Origin: Pseudobacteriovorax sp.
Lineage (GTDB): Bacteria > Bdellovibrionota_B > Oligoflexia > Oligoflexales > Oligoflexaceae
Direction: 5' to 3'
NCBI GenBank assembly: GCA_050293845.1
Contig: JBNKNM010000017.1
Span: 1-54,868, forward strand
DNA: 54,868 bases
The notes under the pieces: model-generated
Seen by the model: only the letters and a program-made list of their open reading frames with translations
What the model was told of the DNA's origin: nothing
The model's database searches: none
Made by a program: the position numbers and the translations under genes
In this document: piece after piece, positions 19,165-29,296 of the stretch
Numbering within the stretch: position 1 is the first letter of the stretch
Layout: every line of letters starts with the position of its first letter

Positions 19165-20244
19165 ATGTCTATGAAGCCGATGTTTTGTCAATGCTGTGAA
19201 AGGAAATATGAAAGCCCCGAAGATTATCTAAAAGGTACATCACGATTTAGAGTTTGCTCAAAGGGTAATCTTTGGTTTGAATGTTCCTGTGGGAGTGGCA
19301 TGATTTTGAGAAAAGGTGAATTTGAATGGTATTCCCCAACTTTAACTATGTCTGACACGGCTGCTACAATCTTCAAGGACGTTCAAGAAATCAAAAATAT
19401 ACCATTAGTACCCACAGCAGTAATGGAATTACAAACGGTCATAGCAGATGAGAATTCTTCATCGAAGACGATAGAGGAAGCACTAAGGCATGCTCCTAAC
19501 ATTGCCTTAGGAGTTTTAAGAACAGCTAATAACCTGAGAGCGTCATCAAGCCTCGAATTTAATAGTATCTCTCACGCAATCTCTTATATTGGTCGCCAAA
19601 CTGTCAATGATATCGTTCTTTCGGAAACGCTACAGGATTTTGATTTTAAATGCCACCACTTTAGTAAAGATTCCTATTGGCAAGAAGCTATCCTAACAGG
19701 AAAAATTGCCGAATATCTCGCCCACAGATATGCTCCTGACATTTCGAAAGACGAAGCCTACATCGCAGGGAGCCTTGTTAATATCGGTAAAATCGTATCG
19801 GCGATTTGCTTTCCTCAAATTACCGATGATGTTGCAAAAGCTGTTGCAAACCCTCGTCGCCCCAAAAGCTGGACCTATGCAGAGGATCAACTGCGGGTCT
19901 ATTCGCACACTGTCTTGGGTGAAATCGCTGCTGCTCTTTGGGGATTCCCAGAGTACGTCGTCCATGCTCTATCTTATCATCATAGCCTTCCCAAGGATGT
20001 TCCAGATCTTGTGCAAGATGATTGTGATTTTCTCGATGATGATACTTCCACTAATGAAAAATCCGGACCAACACTGCAACAGATAGTAGCTATTGCTAAC
20101 CAATATGCCCATTGGGTTCTTTTACAACCAAGTCGGATGGATGAAATTCTCTTTGATCACTATGCACGAATTATGGGATTGGATGAAAAAGCTAAAGACT
20201 TGTTGGGGGAAGAATTAATGTCTTTGAGGCCTCAGGCGGCGTAG
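19165..20244 (+). CDS. HDOD domain protein with an N-terminal Cys-rich (zinc-ribbon-like) domain
   Basis: IPLVP, LRTAN, ISHAISYIG, AYIAGSLVNIGK, H..LG..AA.LWGFP, YHH; N-terminal CQCC...C...ECSC. Confidence 0.88.
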   Translation: MSMKPMFCQCCERKYESPEDYLKGTSRFRVCSKGNLWFECSCGSGMILRKGEFEWYSPTLTMSDTAATIFKDVQEIKNIPLVPTAVMELQTVIADENSSSKTIEEALRHAPNIALGVLRTANNLRASSSLEFNSISHAISYIGRQTVNDIVLSETLQDFDFKCHHFSKDSYWQEAILTGKIAEYLAHRYAPDISKDEAYIAGSLVNIGKIVSAICFPQITDDVAKAVANPRRPKSWTYAEDQLRVYSHTVLGEIAAALWGFPEYVVHALSYHHSLPKDVPDLVQDDCDFLDDDTSTNEKSGPTLQQIVAIANQYAHWVLLQPSRMDEILFDHYARIMGLDEKAKDLLGEELMSLRPQAA

Positions 20245-20254
20245 AAAGGAACAC

Positions 20255-20947
20255 ATGGCAAAGATACTACTTGTTGATGATGAGGAAGATTTCTTAAGTA
20301 CTCTCAACGTGTCGCTCACTGAAAATGGCTTTCAAACGCATTGCTTATATAGTGGGTATGACGCTTTGTCCTATCTCAGGCAGCATAATGATATTGACTG
20401 TATTCTTTCCGACTATTATATGCCGGCTCTGCGTGGCGATGAATTGGCTAAAATGATCCGTAATGAATGGGAGATACCCATCATTATCATGACTTCCGAT
20501 CCAAATATTCAGTATCAAAAAATATATCGTTCTGGAATTTCGGGTGTCATGACTAAACCCATAAATGCTAACAGTTTTATTGATTTATTAAAATCAAATC
20601 ATCTCCATATTTATTCCGATCAGGTGCAGCAACGCAAATATCTACGCGGCACTTTTGATACTACAGGTATGAACCTGGCAATCTCTAACGGCAGGGAACA
20701 GATCAGTGCAGAAATTACTAACCTTAGCACCCAGGGCTTAGGTATTCGTATCGTCAACGAAGCTTTCACAATGTCTACGGTTCAGTTTATCTTAGAAAAA
20801 AATCAAGAGTCGATCAAAGGTTATATGCACTGTCGATGGCGTTCAGGTGAGGACAACAAGCTTATGGCAGGTTTTGAATTTGATTCAACCACAAAACAAT
20901 TCTTGAGTGAAAATGAGCTATTTCACAAATGGATCAATTTTAAGTAG
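20255..20947 (+). CDS. Response regulator (REC) with a C-terminal PilZ-like domain
   Basis: ILLVDDE, SDYYMP, KP; C-terminal QRKYLR...NLSTQGLG...GFEF. Confidence 0.85.
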   Translation: MAKILLVDDEEDFLSTLNVSLTENGFQTHCLYSGYDALSYLRQHNDIDCILSDYYMPALRGDELAKMIRNEWEIPIIIMTSDPNIQYQKIYRSGISGVMTKPINANSFIDLLKSNHLHIYSDQVQQRKYLRGTFDTTGMNLAISNGREQISAEITNLSTQGLGIRIVNEAFTMSTVQFILEKNQESIKGYMHCRWRSGEDNKLMAGFEFDSTTKQFLSENELFHKWINFK

Positions 20948-20949
20948 AA

Positions 20950-21939
20950 TCACATTGTAAGTTTCCAATCATCATTGTGGTCTTTATTTTCTTTATCTTC
21001 CTTATCATCACTTCCTTCTAAGTCTAAAAAATTATGATCATCTTCTTCATCTTCTTCATACGTTTTCTTTTTCCGCGAGAATAAACCTTTCTTTTTTGAT
21101 GCTATAGATTTAGCAGGTTTTGAGATTTCATGATCATCTTCACTTATAAGTACCTTATCGTGAGATACATCCATATCATCAACGTCATCTATACCGTCTG
21201 CTTCCTCAATATCATCTAAGTTTTCATCATCATCGTCATCAAATTCATCTATACCAGCTCCCAACTTTTTTACCCTGTACTTACGGTAAAAGGAAAACCC
21301 AGTTATCAATATAATAAGGGTTACTCCAGCAACTCCTATACGGACTAGAAAATCATTTCTACCAGGTGGATGAGAATCCAGCTCAACGGTTTGAAAGGTT
21401 TGATAGGCCTGATCCAAATAGCCATTACTGGTATCTTCAAAATTTTCTTGAACATCTGTAAATGTCATTAAAAAATGAAAGTCTGCGGTCGAAATCAAGA
21501 GTCGCATTTGCATCATTGGCAATCCGTTCAATTTAAAATCAGCGTAAAAAAGACCAGCTGGAACATTCTTACCTAACTCAACTAAAGATAAATCACGAAT
21601 TCTATAATTCTGCACAGCGTTAGACATTTTTGATGATTTTTCTTCTATTTCTTTCGAAAATTCTTCTAGAGACACTTCATCTATGTATTTAGCTCCCTTA
21701 AATGTCATGATACGAATATTTCGCCTATATTTGTCGTTATTATCTAAAGGTGCTTGAAAAAATAAAGACGCCCCATTGAAATTTTTTTTAATAGACCAAC
21801 CAACAGGTGGATATATGGTAAACCCTCGATTTTCTATTTCAACCTGACTCTGAAACCTAGAGTCATCGCCTGCACCAAACTCACAAATAGTGAAGTTTAT
21901 AATAATAATTAGCGAAATCCTCATCAGTATCTTAATCAT
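20950..21939 (-). CDS. Hypothetical membrane protein: PsbP/DcrB-like exported domain, one TM helix, long acidic tail
   Basis: Signal-like N-terminus, GFTIYPPVGW, TM IGVAGVTLIILITGF, D/E-rich C-terminus. Confidence 0.7.
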   Translation of the reverse strand: MIKILMRISLIIIINFTICEFGAGDDSRFQSQVEIENRGFTIYPPVGWSIKKNFNGASLFFQAPLDNNDKYRRNIRIMTFKGAKYIDEVSLEEFSKEIEEKSSKMSNAVQNYRIRDLSLVELGKNVPAGLFYADFKLNGLPMMQMRLLISTADFHFLMTFTDVQENFEDTSNGYLDQAYQTFQTVELDSHPPGRNDFLVRIGVAGVTLIILITGFSFYRKYRVKKLGAGIDEFDDDDDENLDDIEEADGIDDVDDMDVSHDKVLISEDDHEISKPAKSIASKKKGLFSRKKKTYEEDEEDDHNFLDLEGSDDKEDKENKDHNDDWKLTM

Positions 21940-21960
21940 TTCCTCTCCAGTTAGATAAAA

Positions 21961-23370
21961 TTATGCTGGCCTCATTTGGGTTAAAACTTTGGTAAATTGA
22001 TCTTCCACTCCCAAAGTGTCACAGACATTTTGAATGATAATATCAAAAGCTGATTGATCCATTTCATAGACTCCATATTTGCGTGGATCATCAGCATCGA
22101 ATTTTGTAACGATACTTTGATCATCAACTTGAATGTTAAGTGGAACAGCTATTTCATGACGAAATTCTAATTGTAATTGGTTTTGGTAGCGACAAATAGG
22201 ATCCCATTCAGCATCTTCTATGACTTTATATAAAGCACATAGACGCCATATATTATGTTCAGAACTTTGTTTATCCTCGTAAATCAGAAAACATAGGTCA
22301 CCTTTTCTCGCAGTTGCTCCGAGAGGCCTTCTTATAAATTTTATTTCATCACTCGATTTTGTTCTTAGGTTAGAAAAGCTATGAGGATTCAGTTTAGCAA
22401 GCCACAAGCGCCCCGAATAGTCAACTTTATTGCCTTTCATATTTAGCAGCCCCACTCTAAGTTTAGATGCTATATCAATAGGAAATCTTTGCTCACGACC
22501 TAATTCCATAGCATGATTCAAAAATTTAAGACCTATCTCAAAATCTTCTATGTTATGCTTTTCTTGGAAAAGCTTGACATAACAATGCCCCATGAGCGTC
22601 AAGCTTTTATAGTTTTGATTATGTCTCTTCAATGAATCATTTTGCAGATTTTGAATTGCTTGACTATACTGTCCATTTTTAAACAGACCCAAACTATAAA
22701 TAAATCGAAACTCAAAATTTTCCGGAAACACTGTTAACAGATCACTTGATAGCTCACAAATATCTGAGCCATTACCAAGAGTTTTAACAAGTTCCAACTG
22801 AATCTTTTTATTTAAGTATGAATCTTTATAAGCATCAGATAAAGATTCACTAATCATCAAAGCACGATCATAACGCTGCACTCCTAACTGAGCCAAGGCG
22901 ATATTTTCAAAAACAATATAATCTTCCAACTGATAGGAATTTAACCAATTAAATTCATCACTTACCCCTTGATGAAGCAGATATAATAATTCGCGTTGAT
23001 ATAGATTTTTTCTTTTAATATCAAGGGAATCAATCATTAGCCTTACCGCTTCTAGCTCCCCTAACTCAAAGTGAGCTATGGCCACTAGAGAAAAATAAAG
23101 ATCACGGTTATCAGGAATGGCAAAGGCAAGCTTATTTAGATGGTCCTTGATTTGAGATATAGCAGTTAGATCTTCATCTTTAGCTGCAGCTTGAATCCAA
23201 AGACGGTATAGAAGGAATTCGGTATAGGGTTCTTTAGCAAGGTTCAGCGCTGCAAATACATGCCGTCTGACTTCTCCATAAAGTCCTTTCCAATATGGTT
23301 CTAGGCACGCTAAGTAGCAGTCCTCAATTTGAACTTTCGAACTTTTAACCTTGGACATCTCTGCCTCCAT
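21961..23370 (-). CDS. TPR-like protein with a possible C-terminal EVE/PUA-like domain
   Basis: Helical repeats, then WLAKLNP...ARKGDLCFLIY. Confidence 0.6.
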   Translation of the reverse strand: MEAEMSKVKSSKVQIEDCYLACLEPYWKGLYGEVRRHVFAALNLAKEPYTEFLLYRLWIQAAAKDEDLTAISQIKDHLNKLAFAIPDNRDLYFSLVAIAHFELGELEAVRLMIDSLDIKRKNLYQRELLYLLHQGVSDEFNWLNSYQLEDYIVFENIALAQLGVQRYDRALMISESLSDAYKDSYLNKKIQLELVKTLGNGSDICELSSDLLTVFPENFEFRFIYSLGLFKNGQYSQAIQNLQNDSLKRHNQNYKSLTLMGHCYVKLFQEKHNIEDFEIGLKFLNHAMELGREQRFPIDIASKLRVGLLNMKGNKVDYSGRLWLAKLNPHSFSNLRTKSSDEIKFIRRPLGATARKGDLCFLIYEDKQSSEHNIWRLCALYKVIEDAEWDPICRYQNQLQLEFRHEIAVPLNIQVDDQSIVTKFDADDPRKYGVYEMDQSAFDIIIQNVCDTLGVEDQFTKVLTQMRPA

Positions 23371-23389
23371 TCAAGACACGATGGTCTTC

Positions 23390-23416
23390 CTATCGGCAGA
23401 GAAAGGAGGGGCTTTA
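23390..23416 (-). promoter_or_regulatory. sigma28 (FliA)-type promoter
   Basis: TAAA-15 nt-GCCGATAG versus consensus TAAA-N15-GCCGATAA, ending 20 nt upstream of the CDS start. Confidence 0.8.
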
Positions 23417-23449
23417 GCCAACTACTTACAATCTTTAGGTAAATTTTAC

Positions 23450-23731
23450 CTAGCTTGCAATAGAAGTATCTGTTTCCCGCTTAGCTAATGTTTCAGTCAC
23501 AACAGCTTGCTGGATAGCTATTTCTTCAGCAAGGGTTCTTTCTATTTCTCCAGATCTGTCAATCAGCATTTCACGAAGATCGTCATAACAAGAGTTACAA
23601 ATAGCTTGACCAACCATTGAGCTGTCAATCTCTTCCCAATGCATCAGGAAGGTCCATGCTTGCGGGCTAAAGTCGCGTTGTCTCACTCGTTCTACTTCTC
23701 CACAGCACTTACACTCTTGCAAAGTCCTCAT
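23450..23731 (-). CDS. Small putative zinc-binding protein (93 aa)
   Basis: CKCC...CNSC; AAGGGG RBS. Confidence 0.8.
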   Translation of the reverse strand: MRTLQECKCCGEVERVRQRDFSPQAWTFLMHWEEIDSSMVGQAICNSCYDDLREMLIDRSGEIERTLAEEIAIQQAVVTETLAKRETDTSIAS

Positions 23732-23745
23732 TTCTTTTCCCCTTG

Positions 23746-23890
23746 AAAAAAGAATACAATCACCACTTACCGAGGTAGATCAGTTCAACTGAAAGCTTTG
23801 GGACGTATTCTGGAGATAAGTTCTCCAGCACAGTACTGACTATCCTTAGGCAGACCACGAAGGTAGCTCGGCTTTCGTATTCACAATGAT
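23746..23890 (-). ncRNA. Candidate structured RNA (sRNA, 6S-like, or attenuator leader)
   Basis: Nested stems GAATAC/GTATTC, CCGAG/CTCGG and CTGGAGA/TCTCCAG followed by a U6 tract; promoter TTGACA-16-GACAAT at 23909-23936. Confidence 0.4.
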
Positions 23891-24008
23891 TTTTTATGCT
23901 CGTGCTACATTGTCCACATTCAAAATCATGTGTCAACTGAAAAACTTAAGGAAGGAATAGTGATTTTCGTGGAACTCTTGGCTGATCTTAAATTGAGGTT
24001 AAAAAAAT

Positions 24009-26354
24009 TTAATTTATGCCTTTATATGGTGCCTTCTCGAAATAGTATTTCATGACCTCTTGCTTGATAGTATGCTGACGCAGGCTCGCTGAGTTTAAGG
24101 TTAATAGGGGCTTCCAGATTTCATTGGCTTTTTTAGTTGCACCATTCCTATATTGGAGTAATCCCTTTAAATACACAACTTCAGGGTCTTCATCTTCCAG
24201 TTCTTCCAAATAGACCTCGGCTTGACGAACTTCACCCCGGCGTAGCAAGGCGTGAGCTAGATTACGGATACCCTGCCGCTGCAAGGAGTGCTCGAGATCA
24301 AGAGCCATACGTGCGTATTCAACAGCCTTATCCAACTGTAAACCACGCCAACAATAGCAGTCCGAAAGTTCTAAATAGGCCTTCGCTTTATGCGGCTCTA
24401 GTGACTCCGGAGCAACAAGTATCTGCTCAAACCAAACTCCAGCGGCTTCAAGCTGCCATAACTCTTTATACAGCTTTCCTAATGCCCAATATATATTGGG
24501 GCTATCAAAATTGGTGTTCAGCAGCTTTAAAAAGTCATAAGTACTGCGGCTGGCATCTAAGCGACAGGCTGCATTGACCAAACTAATGAGACTATCTTCA
24601 TCACCTTCAGCATATAGAAATGACAACTTTGAACGGCAGTATGTTAACTCAAGAAGATTAGCTTCGCTGACAAGTTTGGTTTTTTCACTAAATTCTTTCC
24701 AATCTAAGTCTTTCTCGTCATTTTTTGCTAATTTTTTTAAGACCGAATCGTACAGATTGAAATTTATTTTATCTTCGTTCAATGCTGAAAAAATAAGCAC
24801 TTGCTGCACTAGATAGGTGACATTCCATGGGTCATGCAATAAGGCTTTATTGAGATAATTTAAAGATTCTTTATAGTTTTTATCAATAAATGAAAAATTG
24901 GCTTTCAGCCATAAGATCTCACATTGATGCCCCTGATCAGTAATTTTATCCTCAGGAATATCCTTTAAAATTCCCTCCGCCTTATCAGCTGCTCCATATT
25001 GCATCTCAAAGGAGATATATTTAATTTTGGTTACAAGACTGTGACTATCTTGATCATACATTCTTTTGTAGTGCTTAGCTGCCCTCTCCTCATTGCCAAG
25101 CCTTAAATATACATCTCCCATATATCCCTGAATATCAGGATCATCAGGATATTTAGCTATAAGAGAATGAAGAAGAGAAAGCAATTCTACTTTATCAGAC
25201 TGATTTTCAATGAGGTTCTTTAGTCGCTCTTTTTCAATCAGATACTCTTCAACATTTACACCAGCTAATCTTAATCGCGCGACACTCCAACAAAAGCGAA
25301 TTTCCGGATTATCAGGATGATGTCTATAAGCTTCTTCAAATAAGTCAGCCGCCATTTCATATTCACCCATAGAAAGAAACTGGCTGCCTATTTTTTGAAC
25401 GATTTCGGGATTACTTGTTTCCATACTAAGAATGCGTTTATAGACTTTCAAAGCTAAATGATGTTCAGAGAATTCTTCAAGTGACTTCGCTATGAAGTAT
25501 AGGACCCCCTCGGTTTCGTCATCATCAACGAGAGCCCGTTTTACCAAAACCTCTCCTTGAATCCGACGTTTTTTCGCTTTTTCAGAATCACCACTAATTT
25601 CAGCAACTTTCGCAGTAGCAAATCTTTCATAAACCTGAATCTCGATAGGGCAATAACCTTTGTTATCCATCCACCACTCAGATAATGAAACGATACTTTT
25701 TTCGGCAAAATCATACTGTTCTCTGTCAACAAACTCCGCTGTTAACTTTCGGTGGGTTTCAAAGTTTCCATACACGTTGTAGGGAGCTAGCTCTTCAAAT
25801 AGGAAGAAAAAATGATCACCCTTATCATCTTCACCAAGATGATAATAGATCTGGCTCATTCCAAAATATCCCGGGTACCATGTGTGATCAGCAGCAATAC
25901 ATTGTTGATAATTATAGAGAGCACGCTCATAATTATCCTCCATTTCCATACTAAAACCGATGCCATAGTAGATTGCTGGATGAGGTCCAATAGATTTCAA
26001 AAGAGCTTGAAATACCTTTGTCGCCTCTTCAGGCTTGATGAATTCTCCATGCTGTTCTACCAAAACATGGCAAACTCTAGCTGTTATATTTTCGGGATCC
26101 TGAACTAGGATCTGCTCATACTCGGTTCGCAACTGTTCCAAGGTATCTAGCTTTACACCCAACTCGATGCGACGCAAATGGACTAAAATATTGTCCGCAC
26201 ACTCATGCTCAGTGAGCTCTTCAATTAGCTTTTCTGCTGCTCTATACTCTTTAACAAATATTAGCTTATTTGCGTACTCGAGTTTTTTTACAGGATCATC
26301 CGTCTTCAACATGAACTCCGAAAATGACTCACTTGTGACTCGTTTTCGGATCAT
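24009..26354 (-). CDS. Large TPR repeat protein (781 aa)
   Basis: Many TPR motifs (YYGIGFSME, YFGMSQIYY, YMGDVYLRLG, YWALGKLY). Confidence 0.88.
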   Translation of the reverse strand: MIRKRVTSESFSEFMLKTDDPVKKLEYANKLIFVKEYRAAEKLIEELTEHECADNILVHLRRIELGVKLDTLEQLRTEYEQILVQDPENITARVCHVLVEQHGEFIKPEEATKVFQALLKSIGPHPAIYYGIGFSMEMEDNYERALYNYQQCIAADHTWYPGYFGMSQIYYHLGEDDKGDHFFFLFEELAPYNVYGNFETHRKLTAEFVDREQYDFAEKSIVSLSEWWMDNKGYCPIEIQVYERFATAKVAEISGDSEKAKKRRIQGEVLVKRALVDDDETEGVLYFIAKSLEEFSEHHLALKVYKRILSMETSNPEIVQKIGSQFLSMGEYEMAADLFEEAYRHHPDNPEIRFCWSVARLRLAGVNVEEYLIEKERLKNLIENQSDKVELLSLLHSLIAKYPDDPDIQGYMGDVYLRLGNEERAAKHYKRMYDQDSHSLVTKIKYISFEMQYGAADKAEGILKDIPEDKITDQGHQCEILWLKANFSFIDKNYKESLNYLNKALLHDPWNVTYLVQQVLIFSALNEDKINFNLYDSVLKKLAKNDEKDLDWKEFSEKTKLVSEANLLELTYCRSKLSFLYAEGDEDSLISLVNAACRLDASRSTYDFLKLLNTNFDSPNIYWALGKLYKELWQLEAAGVWFEQILVAPESLEPHKAKAYLELSDCYCWRGLQLDKAVEYARMALDLEHSLQRQGIRNLAHALLRRGEVRQAEVYLEELEDEDPEVVYLKGLLQYRNGATKKANEIWKPLLTLNSASLRQHTIKQEVMKYYFEKAPYKGIN

Positions 26355-26452
26355 TTTTAGTTTTCTAAAATCAGTTTATAGGGGAAATCGATATTCTTTT
26401 ATAAACTTTTGGCGTTCAGGCATAATAATGAAGTATTATTAGACAGTTAAAT

Positions 26453-27628
26453 TCAGCTGAACGCCGCGGTACCGGTAATATTCTGCCCCACTACGAGACG
26501 ATGAATGTCATGGGTACCTTCGTAGGTAAAGACAGTTTCTAAATTACATAGATGTCTCATCGTACAATATTCCAGAAGGATGCCATTGCCGCCCAAAATT
26601 TCTCGACAGCTCCGGGCCACTTCTAAAGCCATAGAAGCATTCCCTTGTTTGCCTAAAGAAATTTGAGCGGGCGCTAAATCTCCAAGAGATTTAAGCTGCC
26701 CCAACCTTAGAGCAAGAAGCTGGCCATTACTAATCTTCAGGCACATATCTGCTAACTTGCCTTGCACCATCTGGAAGCTACTCAAACTTTTTTTAAATAA
26801 ATGCCTTGCTTTACAATAGGCTACGGTTTCATCAAAACAGGCTTCGGCAGCACCTAATACACCCCATATAATACCGTACCTCGCCTGATTTAGACATTGT
26901 AAGGCCCTCCCAATACCCTTGGCATTAGGCAGCAAAGCATCTTCAGATAACTGCACATTATCCATGATAATCTGGGAGGAATGGGAGGCACGTAGAGAAA
27001 GTTTTCCTTTTATTTCTTCGCGTGTTAATCCGGGAACATCTGTAGGGCAGATAAAACATCGCACTCCTTGATCGGTTTTTGCCCATATCAGGATGATATC
27101 AGCAACACCCCCATTGGTGACCCATTTCTTCGTTCCATTAAGAACCCATGATCCTTGTTCCTTAGTCGCAGTAGTCAGCATAGTAGACGGATCTGATCCC
27201 CCTTGGGGCTCTGTTAGTGCAAATCCACCTACTAATTGCCCTGAAGCTAATCCTGGTAGCCATCGTTTTTTTTGATCAGCACTACCGAAAGCATGAATAG
27301 GAAACATCACTAAAGAGCCTTGCACGGAAACAAAGCTTCTTAATGCAGAATCGCAACGTTCAAGTTCTCTCATAATGAGACCATAACTGATCTCATCATA
27401 GTGGGGAGAATGATCGAAGTCTAAGTTTGAGCCAATCAGTTTTGCCTGCCCCAAAATTTGCGGTATCCTTTCATCAAACTCAGCTTTTTCATAGTTGTCA
27501 GCGATTGTATCCATGAAATGGCTGGCGACAATATCCCGTGTATGTAGCATGACATCCTTCTGTGCTTCTGTAAGAAGGTCATTGATCTGCAAAAAATCAG
27601 GATAGGGGCTAGAGTGAGGAACTTTCAT
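26453..27628 (-). CDS. Acyl-CoA dehydrogenase, glutaryl-CoA dehydrogenase-like
   Basis: RSFVSVQGSLV, FALTEP.GGSDP, LNGTKKWVTNG, CLNQARYGI, FTYEGTHDIH. Confidence 0.93.
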   Translation of the reverse strand: MKVPHSSPYPDFLQINDLLTEAQKDVMLHTRDIVASHFMDTIADNYEKAEFDERIPQILGQAKLIGSNLDFDHSPHYDEISYGLIMRELERCDSALRSFVSVQGSLVMFPIHAFGSADQKKRWLPGLASGQLVGGFALTEPQGGSDPSTMLTTATKEQGSWVLNGTKKWVTNGGVADIILIWAKTDQGVRCFICPTDVPGLTREEIKGKLSLRASHSSQIIMDNVQLSEDALLPNAKGIGRALQCLNQARYGIIWGVLGAAEACFDETVAYCKARHLFKKSLSSFQMVQGKLADMCLKISNGQLLALRLGQLKSLGDLAPAQISLGKQGNASMALEVARSCREILGGNGILLEYCTMRHLCNLETVFTYEGTHDIHRLVVGQNITGTAAFS

Positions 27629-28289
27629 AGCGAAACCTTTTAACGCGAAGTTTTGACAGCATAAGAAACAATGGAAATATAATCAAAGCCATAACAAAGA
27701 GGCTGTGAACCGTTTGTAAAGTTGGCCACTTTAAAAAACAAACTCCATAAATACCATACAACAAATAAAGGCTCATGACTCCCACCTCTGGTTTGCTCCG
27801 ATTGTCAAAGATATGCTTGAAAGCAAATGTTTTCTGGCTATTGGCTGGATAAGGAACGAGCCCAGGAATGAGCGCCGACACATGGGTTTGATAATATTTA
27901 TAGTTATAGCCAGTTTGGTCTTGTCGGTACTGATCAATGCGATGAGACTGCCCAAAGTATAACAATGAAAACCCAACGAAAAGAATGAATACTCCCCATG
28001 ACGATCGGGTCAAAATCACAATTCCCAAGCCCAACACGAAAGTTCCAAGCATATGTGGAAAACGCACATAACGATAAGGGCCGTAAATTTCAAACTTTCT
28101 ATTCTTTCGTTTTGGAAAAGAATACAACCAGGTTTTTAATATCATTGCCAAAACCATAACACTAAAACCAAAAATCAAGGACTGAGACGATGGTTGAAAG
28201 GTTATAAGGGTGAAAGGTAATACTGTTAGTTCAAGAAAGTAGCTGAGGTCCACCTTAGGTTTTACACTAACTGCCAGTCTAAACTGCAT
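27609..28289 (-). CDS. Isoprenylcysteine carboxyl methyltransferase / phospholipid methyltransferase family membrane protein
   Basis: GPYRYVRFP..LG and Y..Y...V..LIP motifs; multiple TM segments. Confidence 0.7.
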   Translation of the reverse strand: MQFRLAVSVKPKVDLSYFLELTVLPFTLITFQPSSQSLIFGFSVMVLAMILKTWLYSFPKRKNRKFEIYGPYRYVRFPHMLGTFVLGLGIVILTRSSWGVFILFVGFSLLYFGQSHRIDQYRQDQTGYNYKYYQTHVSALIPGLVPYPANSQKTFAFKHIFDNRSKPEVGVMSLYLLYGIYGVCFLKWPTLQTVHSLFVMALIIFPLFLMLSKLRVKRFRYESSSL

Positions 28290-28341
28290 TCCAATACCTT
28301 CCTGGTGATCATTATTTAAATCAAGTTACGCAACATGGTCC

Positions 28342-29292
28342 TCACACAGTGTGACTGCTACCCCCCTTATAAACAGGAAGTTGACCACGGTGCTTTAATT
28401 TGTCTTCTGACCCTGGTTTAAATTGCCACCTTTTATAGTTCCATACCCATTGTTCAGGATACAGACGAATGACGCTTTCAATCTCACTGGCCATAATTTG
28501 CGTGAGTTTAACATCATCGCTCGCATCATGAGCTGCTGACACAATTTCTTTATATAATAGTCTATACTGCCACCAACCTTCACGCATGCAAAAAATAGCA
28601 AGAACGGGTGCCTTTGTTCGTATAGCTAGCTTTGCCGGCCCCGCGACAAACTCTGTTCTTTGCCCAAAAAAATTTACCAGAGGACCTATCCTACCTTCGG
28701 GCTTTTGATCCATCACAAAACCTAGGCAAGATCCCTTTTTCAAAGTCGCCACCATGTCTCTTAAAATAGACTTTTTATTAGTCCAGAGCACCTTAATACC
28801 CATGGCATGGCGAGTCTGTTCAAGAAACTGAGTCACAGCCTCCGATTTAGCTGGCTTGGCTAAGGCGTAGAAGCTCTCACCAACGGCATCAGCTGCATAT
28901 TTTGCAACTAGTTCCCAATTACCCATGTGCCCAGTGACAACAATAAGGCCCTTACCTTCGGCTTTTAGGGACAACATTTTTTCCTTCAAAGCAGAGAATC
29001 CTACCACCTGTAGCTTGTTACGGTGCCTAGCGCTAACACCACAGGTCAAACTTTCCACAGCCACCGCAATTTGGTGACGGAACACCTGCAGAGCAAAAGT
29101 TCTTGCGAAGATGCTATGGGGTGGTAGTTGGTATATTTTTAGTAGGTTACGCTGTAGTTTTCGCAGGTCCTTTTTCGCAATCCCCATGGCCAAGCGTGAC
29201 AATACTCCCGCCACGGCCCTTAGAAAGCTATCAGGTAGAATTGCGAATAAGCCAACAAAAATGTTAAGGGCGAGTAGCTGCAGACGCATCAT
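28342..29292 (-). CDS. Lipid A biosynthesis acyltransferase (LpxL family)
   Basis: TGHMGNWE, MDQ, V.FFG, YPEQWVW.YKRW. Start moved to ATG 29292, just past the lipA stop. Confidence 0.9.
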   Translation of the reverse strand: MMRLQLLALNIFVGLFAILPDSFLRAVAGVLSRLAMGIAKKDLRKLQRNLLKIYQLPPHSIFARTFALQVFRHQIAVAVESLTCGVSARHRNKLQVVGFSALKEKMLSLKAEGKGLIVVTGHMGNWELVAKYAADAVGESFYALAKPAKSEAVTQFLEQTRHAMGIKVLWTNKKSILRDMVATLKKGSCLGFVMDQKPEGRIGPLVNFFGQRTEFVAGPAKLAIRTKAPVLAIFCMREGWWQYRLLYKEIVSAAHDASDDVKLTQIMASEIESVIRLYPEQWVWNYKRWQFKPGSEDKLKHRGQLPVYKGGSSHTV

Positions 29293-29296
29293 CAAA

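Noticed and set aside
20960..21250. TCA/TCT-rich repeats as a DNA repeat array or CRISPR
   Set aside because: They encode the Asp/Glu-rich tail; there is no repeat-spacer periodicity and no cas gene in the window.
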